Positions 1 to 11,067 of a DNA stretch of 64,000 bases are shown one piece after another. The DNA is from Eledone cirrhosa (taxonomy: Eukaryota). Position 1 is the first letter of the stretch. Each line of letters starts with the position of its first letter. Where the stretch lies: the NCBI GenBank assembly GCA_964016885.1, contig OZ024741.1, positions 388,802,001 through 388,866,000 on the forward strand, read 5' to 3'. The position numbers and the translations under genes are program-made. Below the pieces are notes generated by a model. That model worked only from the letters and a program-made list of their open reading frames with translations. It did not search any database and was not told where the DNA came from.

Positions 1-636
1 TGTCAGCTGCTCTCCAGCTATCTATTTAAAGCTGTACATGGCTATGGTGCGGCCACACTTAGAATTTGCATCACCAGTCTGGAACCGCTATCTTACTCAG
101 AACTTTGACCGCCTGGAAACTGTTCAGAGACGTGCAACCAAGCAAATACCCTCCATCAGGCATCTACCATACTCTGAATGCCTTGCTTCCCTCGGCATGG
201 ATTCATTGAAGCTCCGACACCTGGTAACTGACTTGGTAAACACCCACAAAATTATTAACCACCTTTCCGACAACAACCCTGAGTACCTTTTTGATTTCCA
301 TGTGTCTAACACACGTGGGCATGCCCACAAAGTCAGAAAACAGTACAGCTCCCATGACTTTCGTAAACATTTTTTCACGCTCAGAGTTGCTGAAGCATGG
401 AACAAACTACCTGCATCAGTTATTAGCAGCCGAGACACTGCATCCTTTAAAACCTCCATGCTTCCTGAAATTCGCCAACACTATCCCTGATATCCTCCCT
501 CTATACATGTGCACACATGTATTTCATACACTGTTCATTTTCCTGACATTTGAACATTATTCTATGTACTATACATGCACCTTTGATGAGTTGTAGTGCA
601 CCTGAGCACTGTACACAACAATTTCATTATTATTAT
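1..636 (+). mobile_element. CR1-clade LINE, 3' end of ORF2 plus 3' UTR and (ATT)n tail
   Basis: ORF 38-490 has the CR1 C-terminal motifs VRPHLEFASPVWN, LETVQRRATK, TRGH and FFTLRVAEAWNKLP. It ends in caatttcattattattat. Confidence 0.9.
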
Positions 637-731
637 GATTGCTCTGATCGTTCCATGAAAACATGGAAATATGGTTCAGTTTTTGGTTAGTGTATTACTG
701 GTACTTATTTAACAATGTACATTATATATTC

Positions 732-911
732 GTTGGCAGCATCGGTAGAGCGTCAGACACCATGCTTTACAGCATAGAGTTATGTCCCTTTACGTTCTGA
801 GTTAAAATCCCGCCAAGGTTAACTTTTCCTTTCATCCTTACGGGGGTCGATAAAATAAAGTACCAGTAATGCACTAGGATAATTGCTGGCCTTGTGCCAA
901 AAGTAGAAACA
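732..911 (+). mobile_element. tRNA-derived SINE, family A (Meta-domain-like middle)
   Basis: A-box-like tggcagcatcgg, B-box-like gagttaaaatcc, middle ttcatccttacgggggtcgataaaataaagtaccag. TSD attatatattc at 721-731 and 912-922. Many other copies occur in the window. Confidence 0.85.
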
Positions 912-1555
912 ATTATATATTCAAGAATAAAACTGAATCATAAAATGATTAGTATGTAATGTTTTAGTTTTCTTCAGGTAGCTTTCCAGGGATCTTTCGT
1001 TTTAGGTATATAAAATTACTGACAAAAAATGAAGTATATAAAACTGAAAGAAAATTATAATCACCAATAAAATGAAACTGAAAGAAAACGATAATCATGA
1101 ATAAAATTAAACTGAAAAACAATTAATTATTTATATATTTAATAAATGACTACATGTGGAAGATTAAAAGCTCCAGTAATCAATGTGGAGATATGACTCA
1201 AAGAAATCTTTGGATTTTACCAGAAAAATATTTCAAAAGTCTTTCAGGTTTTGGAGAAAAATCAAATACCTAAAAACCAGTCATTCTTATATATTCAATT
1301 GGCGAAACATAATTTTCATTCAGTTTTATTTTATTGTTGGCTATTTTATATACCTAAAATGAAAGATTGGTAGCTTTTTAATGTAATTATCTCAACCATA
1401 GAGTGGTGAATTGGTAGAATTGTTAGAGCATCTGACAAAATGCTTTGCAGTGCTTCTTCCGATTCTTTAAATTTTGAATGTGCAGGCAAGTAAGGAGAAC
1501 TTGTCTGTAGAAAGCCGCCCAAACGGAAAACGGTGTTTTGTAAAAAAAAATAACA

Positions 1556-1870
1556 ATGCCCTCCGCCCCAACTTTGTTTCTTTATAATATTCTTCATTAT
1601 GCATATTTTAAAATGAAATTTTGCAGGTTTACATTTACATCTACATCGAAAGTGTAGATAACGATGTGTTACTGGAATTTAAAAGAAAGAAAAAAGTTCT
1701 TTTTACAATTCATAGTTGTAGAAATGACACTGTGTTCTCGTAGAAATATCTTAAGTTATATTTGTTATCAAAAGGAAATTGGAAGGCATAAGGAAAAAAT
1801 TCCCAAATTTATATGATTAGTCAACTACAAATACAAATAGAACGTGATTTTATTACAATTCTATAATAGA
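1556..1870. mobile_element. Partial MITE related to the element at 9962-10370
   Basis: Shares the tttgtttc...aatgaaattttgcag terminal region and the internal ttgtagaaatga..tg.gttct.gtagaaa motif with 9962-10370. Confidence 0.45.
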
Positions 1871-1946
1871 ATAATATGATAGAAGACGGAGTAAAGGTGA
1901 CAGTGACAACAGGTAGAGAAGTAAGCATAAGCATAAGTGTGTAAGA

Positions 1947-2125
1947 TTAAAGAAATTGAGTAGGGGAGTTGAGTCCATTGGGGAAACTGGACCTAAGGTA
2001 GAAAATCAGATTCTGCTCAATCGTAGTGTGCGAGGCCTGTGATCCGGGATGTAGAAGGATACCAAGGAAGAGTGACTCGGAGTACAGAAATGACGAACGT
2101 CAGGGGTATCCATATTGAGTCATAT
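1947..2125 (-). mobile_element. Penelope-like element fragment: C-terminus of GIY-YIG endonuclease (frameshifted)
   Basis: The minus strand translates as ...TPDVRHFCTPSHS... and ...EQNLIFYLRSSFPNGLNSPTQFL*. These match the PLE V-x-x-HF-x-x-x-x-HS and EQ-x-LIF-x-L-x-x-x-x-P-x-GLN patterns. Confidence 0.7.
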
Positions 2126-3431
2126 ATCCCTCAAATGAGTTTGATATCTGTCAAAAAATCTGAATGTCTAACCCTTGTTTTATTTCATACCAAAGAAAAC
2201 AATTTCCTGATAGTTAAGTTGAAACAATGCTATGGCCATCCTATCTTTTCAAATATAATCTATCTCAAAATAGATTATTCAATATGTCCTTTTAATTAAT
2301 TTTTTTTTTTTTAATGATAAATTGTGATTTTATAAGCTTATCATTTTTTAAAACAAGGAGATTTTAAATAATGTAGTCTGAGTTAAATTTGGCTGCTGCT
2401 TCTAGCAGGTCAAGTTACTTCATTAGTAGGAAGTAGGTGTATAGAGAAACATGGAATCCCACTAGTGCCACAAAGTTTCATTTAGAAAATTTTAAGTTGA
2501 AAGGAAACTAATTTAATAAGAGTTTCTTCCATTTCAGAGTTCAAGAATTAGATTATCGTGAGTGGTTACTTATTTATATTTTTGTTTTTTTGTTCTGTTG
2601 TTGCTGATATAAATATCAATATAAAGTTAGAAGTGAAGTTCGAGAAATATTTACCTGTACCACTGGGATAGCACAATTTAGAAAGAATAGAGATATAGAA
2701 TGCTTGTTTTATTTATTTCACTGAAAATTAACACTGGACTATTTTTTCAATAGAATTTTTCAATATTTTTCTGAATCAGATGGGCTTTGAGTTTTAGGAA
2801 ACAATACGTTCTTGGATGTGTCAAGGTGATCTGACCTGTGCTGAATAGCTATTCCCAGAATATTCTTTGGTCTTTGAAGCTTGATTTGTATCTAGTTAAA
2901 ATCAACATAATAGCTATTTGAAAAACCATTCTATTAAATACATAAATAAAAACATGAACTCTAAAGATTCACTTGCAGGTTGATTTTGATTAACTGAGTT
3001 GTGAACAAAGAAAAAAAAATGAGGGAGCGATGTTGAAAGCTCAGAACAAATGCATTATAAGTGAAATGCTTATCTCGAGCTTGTTATTCAAGAGCCATAG
3101 CAAAACATTTTCACTGAATTACGTTGTAAATGAATTTAGTTGGTTGACTTTTTTTTATCAGCTCGTGATGGAAATTCAAACTGATAAATTATACAATATA
3201 TGATTGCGTACACTGACATACAGTATAAAATCATAAATATTCTTGAACATACACAAGACCTATCTGTAAAACAGATGATCCAATGAACGAACAGGTGAAA
3301 CTCCAGAGTAACAAGACTCACTATTTACCTTTAATAAAATGAATAAACTGTACTTTAATATTCAGTACTCCTTTCTCTCATTCGTCAATTTTCTCTCTTT
3401 CTCTCTCTCTATATATATGTGTGTATGTGTA

Positions 3432-3593
3432 TCCTGGGTTCAATCGGGGGTAACCACAGTAAGTAAGGTACTCAATACATAGCAGAGTACAAATATTTAA
3501 TATAGAAATGGCTTCGACAGGACTAGAACTGTTTCATTCGATCCACTGATCAGCCAGATTTGCATATCAGCAGACTGGCCGGTCAGTTTCCTG
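3432..3593 (-). mobile_element. PLE-like terminal segment, head-to-head with the ribozyme-bearing repeat
   Basis: 3546-3593 is an inverted copy of ~3618-3668. The minus strand carries a GAAAC-agttcta-GTC half-hammerhead and runs out into a CA/TA microsatellite. Confidence 0.4.
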
Positions 3594-3604
3594 TATACGA
3601 GTGG

Positions 3605-3917
3605 ATCTGCTAATATGCAGAACTGACTGATCAGCCAATCTGCTAATATGCAAATCAGGCCAATCAGTCACTGTATATTTTAGAAAATAGCATATATTTT
3701 CACTAGGTCTGACAGTTTGGCAGGTGAACAGTGAGCTGTACTGATGAAGGGTGATACCCAGAAACATTAGTGTCTGCAGTTCTGTTTACATGCCAAAACA
3801 AGAGCAAGAATGAAGAATTCATTCTACTGACATGGCTATAAAAATGAGGGTTGTTTGCATAATTGCAAACGAATCGAATGTTATTATTAATATTCGAAAA
3901 ACTCAGATTATATTTAT
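3605..3917 (+). mobile_element. Non-coding hammerhead-bearing repeat, copy 1 (PLE terminal repeat / retrozyme-like)
   Basis: Related copies lie at 5293-5469 (-) and 5846-6255 (+). It contains a hammerhead and the hairpin gtttgca-taat-tgcaaac, and ends in (TA)n. Confidence 0.7.
3716..3797 (+). ncRNA. Type I hammerhead ribozyme (predicted cleavage after GUC 3772-3774)
   Basis: Core CTGATGA at 3741-3747. Stem II gggt/accc with loop gat. GAAA at 3761-3764. Stem III aca/tgt within self-complementary ACATTAGTGT. Long stem I: tttggca-g-gtgaaca-gt-gagctgta pairs with tgcagttc-tgtttac-a-tgccaaa. Confidence 0.75.
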
Positions 3918-3946
3918 ATATATATATATATACACACACATACATA

Positions 3947-3997
3947 TCATCATCATCATCATCGTTTAACGTCCATCTTCCACGCTAGCATGGGTCT
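3947..3997 (-). mobile_element. Ultra-short 3' tip of RTE family 2 with (GAT)n tail in a TA repeat
   Basis: catcatcatcgtttaacgtccatcttccacgctagcatggg matches the 3' terminus at 9580-9622. Confidence 0.75.
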
Positions 3998-4388
3998 ATA
4001 TATATTTCACATTGCCTTATTATGCTCCACATTACGTCCCTTTTTTTTTTTTTTTTCACTTCATAAACCTTGTTTGTAAATAACATTCTTTCTGCACCAT
4101 TTCTTTAACATGTCCAACACCACCATTCTACACCAATACATATTATTATCATTTGATAATGCATAAAAATGTTGAAACCGGTAATAGACAATTATTAAAT
4201 ATATAAATAAATAAATGCCATTGTTAATTAATAAATAAATTAACTAATACCTTAACACTTCACACAAAGTAAATATATTTCGTTTTAATCATTTTCTAAC
4301 CCAGAAAAAAGAGAGAAAAAAATAAAAAGGAAAATAATATATTTTTCTTCCTAATAATTATCTTTTTCTCCCTGTTTTCATATATATA

Positions 4389-4429
4389 TCATCAACGTTT
4401 AACGTCTATCTTCCACGCTAGCATGGGTT
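4389..4429 (-). mobile_element. Second ultra-short RTE family 2 3' tip
   Basis: catcaacgtttaacgtctatcttccacgctagcatggg, flanked by (TA)n. Confidence 0.7.
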
Positions 4430-4447
4430 TATATATATATATATATA

Positions 4448-4791
4448 TCATCATTTCATCATCATTTCATTTTACGTCCGCTTTTCCCTGCTTGCAAGGG
4501 TGGGACGGGAACTGATTCTGGCTTGATTTCTACAGCTGGATGCCCTTCCTAACACCAACCTCATTTACAGTGAGTGCTGGGTGCTTTTTTGCCGTGGCAC
4601 CTCCACGACCACTTTGCAGTGGAATGATAGGGACCCCAGTCCTATCATCTCATTTCTACAGCTGAGTAAACTGGAGCAATGTGAAATAAAGTGTCTTGCT
4701 CAAGGAAACAACACATCACCCGGTCTGAGAATTGAACTCACAACCTTTCGATTGCAAGGCCAATGCTCTAACCATTAAGCCATGTGCCTCC
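4448..4791 (-). mobile_element. tRNA/CORE-type SINE (family B) with RTE-derived 3' tail
   Basis: Minus strand: ggaggcacatggcttaatggttagagc (A box), gagttcaattct (B box), ccttgagcaagacactt (CORE-like), then ttaggaagggcatccagctgtagaaa and a (GAT)n tail. Confidence 0.85.
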
Positions 4792-4792
4792 A

Positions 4793-5469
<677 letters not shown>

Positions 5470-5769
5470 ACTATCTTATGTTTATTCTGATTTCCATCTT
5501 AAACTTATCTACTTTAACTGAAGTTATTTTTCATAGCCTAACATGTATATGTATAAATGAGTATAAGTTTCTATATATGAGGGTATCTACAAATTAAAAT
5601 GTATGTGTGTGCACGCACACGCACGTGTGTGTGTATGTTTGTATGTATCTATGTGTTGTGATATAAGTATAGATGTATCGGAATAACTGTATGTCTATAT
5701 TTATATGAATGTATGTGTTTGCATGCGTACGTATGTATATACATATATGAGTACATGTTTATATTTTTA

Positions 5770-5802
<33 letters not shown>

Positions 5803-5845
5803 GATAATTAATAAATAGTTTTATCGCTCTACATGGCTGAATACA

Positions 5846-6255
5846 AGAAATGTAAATCTGAGTTTTTTGAATATTAATAGTAATATTCAATTCATTAGTT
5901 ATTTGGCTATGGCAAAACCAGCTATTAATTGCTCGTATACATAAAATTGATTGGCTTATCAGCTAATATGCAAATTGAGTTGATCAGGCAGTCTGCTAAC
6001 ATGCAAAACAGGCCAAACAGTCACTGTATATTCCAGAAAATATCATATTTTCACTAACTCTGACAGGTAAATATTATACGGTACTAATGAAGGGTAATCA
6101 CCCAGAAACATTAGTGTCTGCAGTTCTGTTTACATGCCGACACAAGAGCAAGAATGACGAGGTCATTCTACTGACATGGCTTAAGAGGCTGTTTGCATAA
6201 TTGCAAACGAATCGAATATTATTATTAATATTCAAAAACTCAGATTTACATTTCT
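5846..6255 (+). mobile_element. Hammerhead-bearing repeat, copy 3, with ~45-bp inverted termini and a mutated core (CTAATGA)
   Basis: 5846-5893 is the reverse complement of 6209-6255. The hammerhead remnant at 6084-6118 keeps gggt/accc and GAAACATTAGTGTC. Confidence 0.75.
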
Positions 6256-6353
6256 ATATATATATGTATATATGTATATTAGTGTATGAATGTATGGCAT
6301 ATATATCTGTGTTTAAGTGTATGTGTGTATATATATATGTATATATATATATG

Positions 6354-6392
<39 letters not shown>

Positions 6393-6427
6393 GTATATAT
6401 GTGTGTATATACACATATATATATAAA

Positions 6428-6866
6428 CTAGATGAGGATGACGTCGTCCGCTCTCTTTCTGTCACAAACACAATTTCTCTCTCTAAACAAAATGTCCCTT
6501 TTCTCTCTCTCTATTTATGTACATCTCTTTCACTTGGCACTCCCCCTCTCTCTATACAGATGAGAGTAATGTTGTCTTCTCCCTTTCTGTCACATACACT
6601 CTCTTTCTCTCTAAACAAATGCGTCCATTTTCTCTCTCTATCTAAGTACATCACTTTCGCTTGGTGCTCCCCCTCTCTCTATATAGATGATAGCAACTTT
6701 CTATCTATCTATCTACCTCATTCTGTCACCTCAAAAACACATGGCTTTCCCTTTTCTCTCTCTATGTACATATCTCTTGCTTGATGCTCCGCTACACTAT
6801 ATAAAGTGAGCCTGACAGAAAGACGGATCGGCGGACAGACAGACAGTGCGCATATCATAATATAGA
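6428..6866 (-). mobile_element. Non-autonomous Helitron-like element with internal ~100-130 bp CT-rich tandem units
   Basis: The minus strand starts A|TCTATATTATG...ctgtctgtctgtcc and ends ...CTAG|T. Three related internal units lie at ~6450-6790. Confidence 0.5.
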
Positions 6867-6884
6867 TTATATTATTTTAATTGG

Positions 6885-8000
6885 GTAATTATATGTAGAC
6901 CCCAAAAAGGCATTTGACCGCGTTCCTTGGGACCTGCTGTGGAAAGTTCTGCAGGAGTATGGGATCGATGGTCAGCTTCTTGCAGTCCTGATGTCTCTAT
7001 ATGTATGCCTGAATATTTGTGTTTGGATAAATGGTGGTAAATCAAAACCATTCAATGTGGGAGTTGGACTCCATCAAAGGTGCGTACTGTCACCTCTCCT
7101 GTTCATTGTTTTTGTGAACAGGATTGACATGTGTAGCTGTGTAAGAAGTGGTATCATGACAGGCGGGTGTAAAATCACTCGTCTGGAATTTGCAGACAAC
7201 ATGGTGTTACTTAACTCAACAGAAGGTGATCTCCAACTTACACTTGATAGGTTTGATGCCGAGTGCTGCATGGCTTGAATGAAAATCAGTGCTGTGAAAA
7301 CCGAGACACTCGTCCCCTTAAGGAAGCCTGCCAAGTGCATTCTACATGTGAATGGAGTTCTACTGAAGCAGGAGGAGGATTTCAAGTATCACAGGGCTGT
7401 GTTCCCGAGTGATAGAAGGCATGAGGCTGAATTAAATGCAAGAATGACAGGAGCTGGTGCAGTAATATGCTAGTTTCAGCATTCAGTAATCAGAGAAAGG
7501 GAGGTAGGTGTAAAAGTCAAACTCGCTGTCTTCAATTTGGTATTCATGCCAACCCTTACCTATAGTCATGAATCTTGGGTAATGACAGAAAGAAATACAA
7601 TTGCGAATACAAGTGGCCGAAATGGGGTTCCTCTGAAGGGTCTTTGGAGTAATCTTACTCAATAGAGTGCATAGCTCAGAGATCAGAGAGTCACTACAGG
7701 TAGAGTTACTACTTCTCTGAAGTGAGAAATCACAGCTCTGATATTATGGACATGTGGTTAGAATGTCTCAGGAAAGAATCGTTGGACAGATGATTTTACA
7801 GGCAAAACCAACTGGCGGGAGACCCAGGGGTAGACCCTGAGCAAGATGGTTGGATAACATCCATGAGTTTGGCTAGTCTTGTTTGAGGATCCAGCCGGAT
7901 CAATTAGAGATTGATTGCTTCTGACAGGACTCGCTGAAGGGAGTGTTTGAGGACTCTACTCCCCCATGACTCTCTCAGGAAGAAGAAGAAGAAGAAGAAG
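6885..8000 (+). mobile_element. RTE-clade LINE family 1 (Rex3/Expander-like), 5'-truncated, (GAA)n tail
   Basis: Motifs KAFDRVPW, GLHQRCVLSPLLF, FADNM, PTLTYSHESWVMTE and PTGGRPRGRP, with stops and frameshifts. Tail (gaa)n. Confidence 0.9.
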
Positions 8001-8213
8001 GTAACTACATGTATATGGGATGTGTAATAACTGACTGGTTTTATACGTATACATATGTATATGTGCATGTGAGTCTATATATGTATGTATATATGTATAT
8101 ATGTATGTATATATGTATGTATATATGTATATATGTATATATATATGTGTGTATGTGTGTGTGTCTGTGTATGTATGTCTGTGTGAGTGCATGTATGTAT
8201 ATATATATATATA

Positions 8214-8533
8214 TCTATAGCTTGGTATGCATGTGGGTGTACATATATTTGTATATGAGTGTACATATTTGTATGAATAGATATATGTATATATGTAGCT
8301 GAATGTGTTTTGCTTAATGTGTACACTTAACTTTATTCTATAAATAATCCTTTTCACCTTTATAAATACTGTTTTTAGGTGATTAGTTTCTTAATAATTA
8401 GAAATCATCCTGATGCTTGATACATTATTACTAAATTAAGATTCCAGACAACACATCCAATACCGTCGCTTTCTCTTCTACCAGTCTTCTCTTATCATCT
8501 CTTTACCCAGGCAAAGCTGGGTTCCTCAGCTAG
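8214..8533 (+). mobile_element. Non-autonomous Helitron-like element
   Basis: 3' hairpin cccaggcaaagctggg followed by ttcctcagCTAG|T. The candidate A|TC start at 8214 is less certain. Confidence 0.5.
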
Positions 8534-8602
8534 TATATATATATATATATATTTATGTGTGTGTGTGTGTGAGCCTTTGTGTGTATATATATATATGAAG
8601 GT

Positions 8603-9622
8603 AGCTCCTTCTATTGCCCAGATGGCTCTATAGAAATAGTGGACACCTTCCGTTACCTGGGTAACAAAATCAGCAGTGGTGGAGGGTGCTCTGAAAGTAC
8701 AGTAACCAGAGTCAGAACAGGATGAAAAGAGTTCAGAGAGTTTATACCACTATTGGCCGCTAAAGGTTTCTCTCTAAAAATGAAAGGCAGATTGTATACG
8801 AACAATGTATTGTATACGAGCAATGCTATATGGCAGTGAGATATGGGTTGTGTGTGTAGAGGATCTGTGCAGACTGGAGAGGAACTAAGCATGCATACTC
8901 CGTTGGATGTGTAATAGTAATATACGTGAATGGCAAAAAATAGTAATATACGTGAACTAAGAGAGAAATCAGGAATAAGAGGAATCAGATGCTGTTTACT
9001 CGAGAGAAGACTATGTTGGTATGGTCACGTGATGCGCATGAAAGACGACAGCTGTATAAAAAAGTGCAGGGCGATCAAAATTGATGGAAGTTACGGAGTA
9101 GGCAGACCCAGAAAAACCTGGGACGACTTGATAAATTCCGACCTTACACACTTGCACCTCTATAAGACAATGTGACTGAACCGAGATCTTTGGCGCTACG
9201 CAGTAATACAGAAAACCTGCCTTGCCTAAGTACAAAGCGAAACCTACAGTCAGTAGGTACCTCTTAATTAAATATACATCCCCATCCCACTACCTCAACC
9301 CCCCACCCCCACCCCCATCAACACCACCCCTTTCTCTGTAAAGTTATGTTGGTACCACAACATCCAGTCCTAAATAAATGAGGTCGTTTAGGTGTCACGA
9401 CAAAAAAACACACAGTCCACGCTGTAATGTGGCCATGTAAGTAACACGGTAAAAACCTCCCAGTCCACACTGTAAACGTGGTTGGTGTTAGGCAGGGCAT
9501 CCAGCCGTAGAAAACCTGCCAGACAGTCCTATATGAGCGAGACGACAAATCTTGCCTCAAGTGGGACAATTCCCATCTAAACCCATGCTAGCGTGGAAGA
9601 TAGACGTTAAACGATGATGATG
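8603..9622 (+). mobile_element. RTE-clade LINE family 2, 5'-truncated, long 3' UTR, (GAT)n tail
   Basis: Motifs FRYLGNKISSGGGCSE, RRLCWYGHVMRM and GRPRKTW. TSD ATGAAGGT at 8595-8602 and 9623-9630. Confidence 0.88.
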
Positions 9623-9625
9623 ATG

Positions 9626-9900
9626 AAGGTGTGTGGCGTAGTGGTTAGAGAGTTAGATTCACAATTGTGAGGTTGCGAGTTCAATTCTCGGACTGGGTGA
9701 TGCGCAGTGTCCTTGAGCAAAACACTTTATTTTTCACGTTGTTTTTTCTGCCGGGTGTTGCAACCGGTAGATAGTATCAGCAATGGGAAAACCAATGGGA
9801 ACATTGTTTCCTTGGTCAGATTTGACACAGTTCCCCCCCCCCCCCCCACTCGGCAAGCGAATGAGGTCTGGGATCTTGTCGATCGATCAGAGCATGTGAG
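9626..9900 (+). mobile_element. tRNA/CORE-type SINE with an alternative 3' body
   Basis: tggcgtagtggttagag A box, gagttcaattct B box, ccttgagcaaaacactt. The body is shared with 42170-42375. Confidence 0.7.
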
Positions 9901-9961
9901 CAATGCATATATATATTATATATTATATATATATTTTTTATTTTTTTGCATAACTACAGTT

Positions 9962-10370
9962 CAGTGATTATCACCCTAGCTCTGTTTCTTCACAATTTTC
10001 TTAATATGGCATATTTTTTTAATGAAATTTTTCAGAAATACATTACAATTTTTTTTGCAATCCATAATTGTAGAAATGATATTGCGTTCTTGTAGAAAAT
10101 ACATGACATTACCCTGAATATTATTCATTATAAACATGAAATTGAGTTTATGTTTAGCCTATTGCAAACAAATCGAAAGTATTGACGAACAGAAATAATA
10201 TATATATACGTGTGTGTGTATACAATACTGAAACAAATTATTACAAAAAAAATATCAATGTATTTGTAATCTACTAATCTACATTATGGAAAATTTATCT
10301 GCAAAATTTCATTAAAAAATATACATTATTAAGAAAGTTACGGAGGAAACAAATAGAGGTGGAGGCACTA
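9962..10370. mobile_element. MITE with long imperfect terminal inverted repeats
   Basis: tgtttcttcacaattttcttaatatggcatattttttaatgaaattt (~9985-10030) is mirrored by aaatttcattaaaaaatatacattattaagaaagttacggaggaaaca (~10304-10351). Confidence 0.55.
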
Positions 10371-10460
10371 ATCTATATTTCTTTATATTTTTACATATTA
10401 TATATGTATCAATTGAAAGATACAATTTATATATTAGTATATAAACACAATATATATATA

Positions 10461-10830
10461 ATCATCATCATCATCATCATCATCATTTTACGTCCGCTTT
10501 TCCCTGCTTGCAAGGGTGGGACGGGAACTGATTCTGGCTTGATTTTTACAGTTGGATGCCCTTCCTAACACCAACCTCATTTACAGTGAGTGCTGGATGC
10601 TTTTTTTTTTCTGACGCCTACACGTCCACTTTACAGTATGGGCTGGGTGCTTTTTTTTGCTGTGGCACCTCCACGACCACTTTGCAGTGGAATGATAGGG
10701 ACCCCAGTCCCTATCATCTCATTTCTACAGTTGAGTAAACTGGAGCAATGTGAAATAAAGTCTTGCTCAAGGAAACAACACATCACCCGGTCTGAGAATT
10801 GAACTCACAACCTTTCGATTGCAAGGCCAA
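10461..10830 (-). mobile_element. Family B SINE, close relative of 4448-4791
   Basis: Long near-identical match to 4467-4763, with a (GAT)n tail. Confidence 0.85.
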
Positions 10831-11067
10831 ATATATATATAAAAGAAAAAGACACACACAATCCATAGCAAGCCACAACCAGAGATGTTCCTCTAACAAT
10901 CTTTGAGGCAAGTCAACACACAGGCAGCATTGGCAAGGGTGAAAGGCTAAGACACTGTAATATCCAAGCATCCTCTTGGGTGTCATCTGATATTTCAATA
11001 AGGTGATCCCCCAACAATGACAAGAATTTTGATGTCAGAGGCATAGCTCCACCAAACGTCTAGGATG

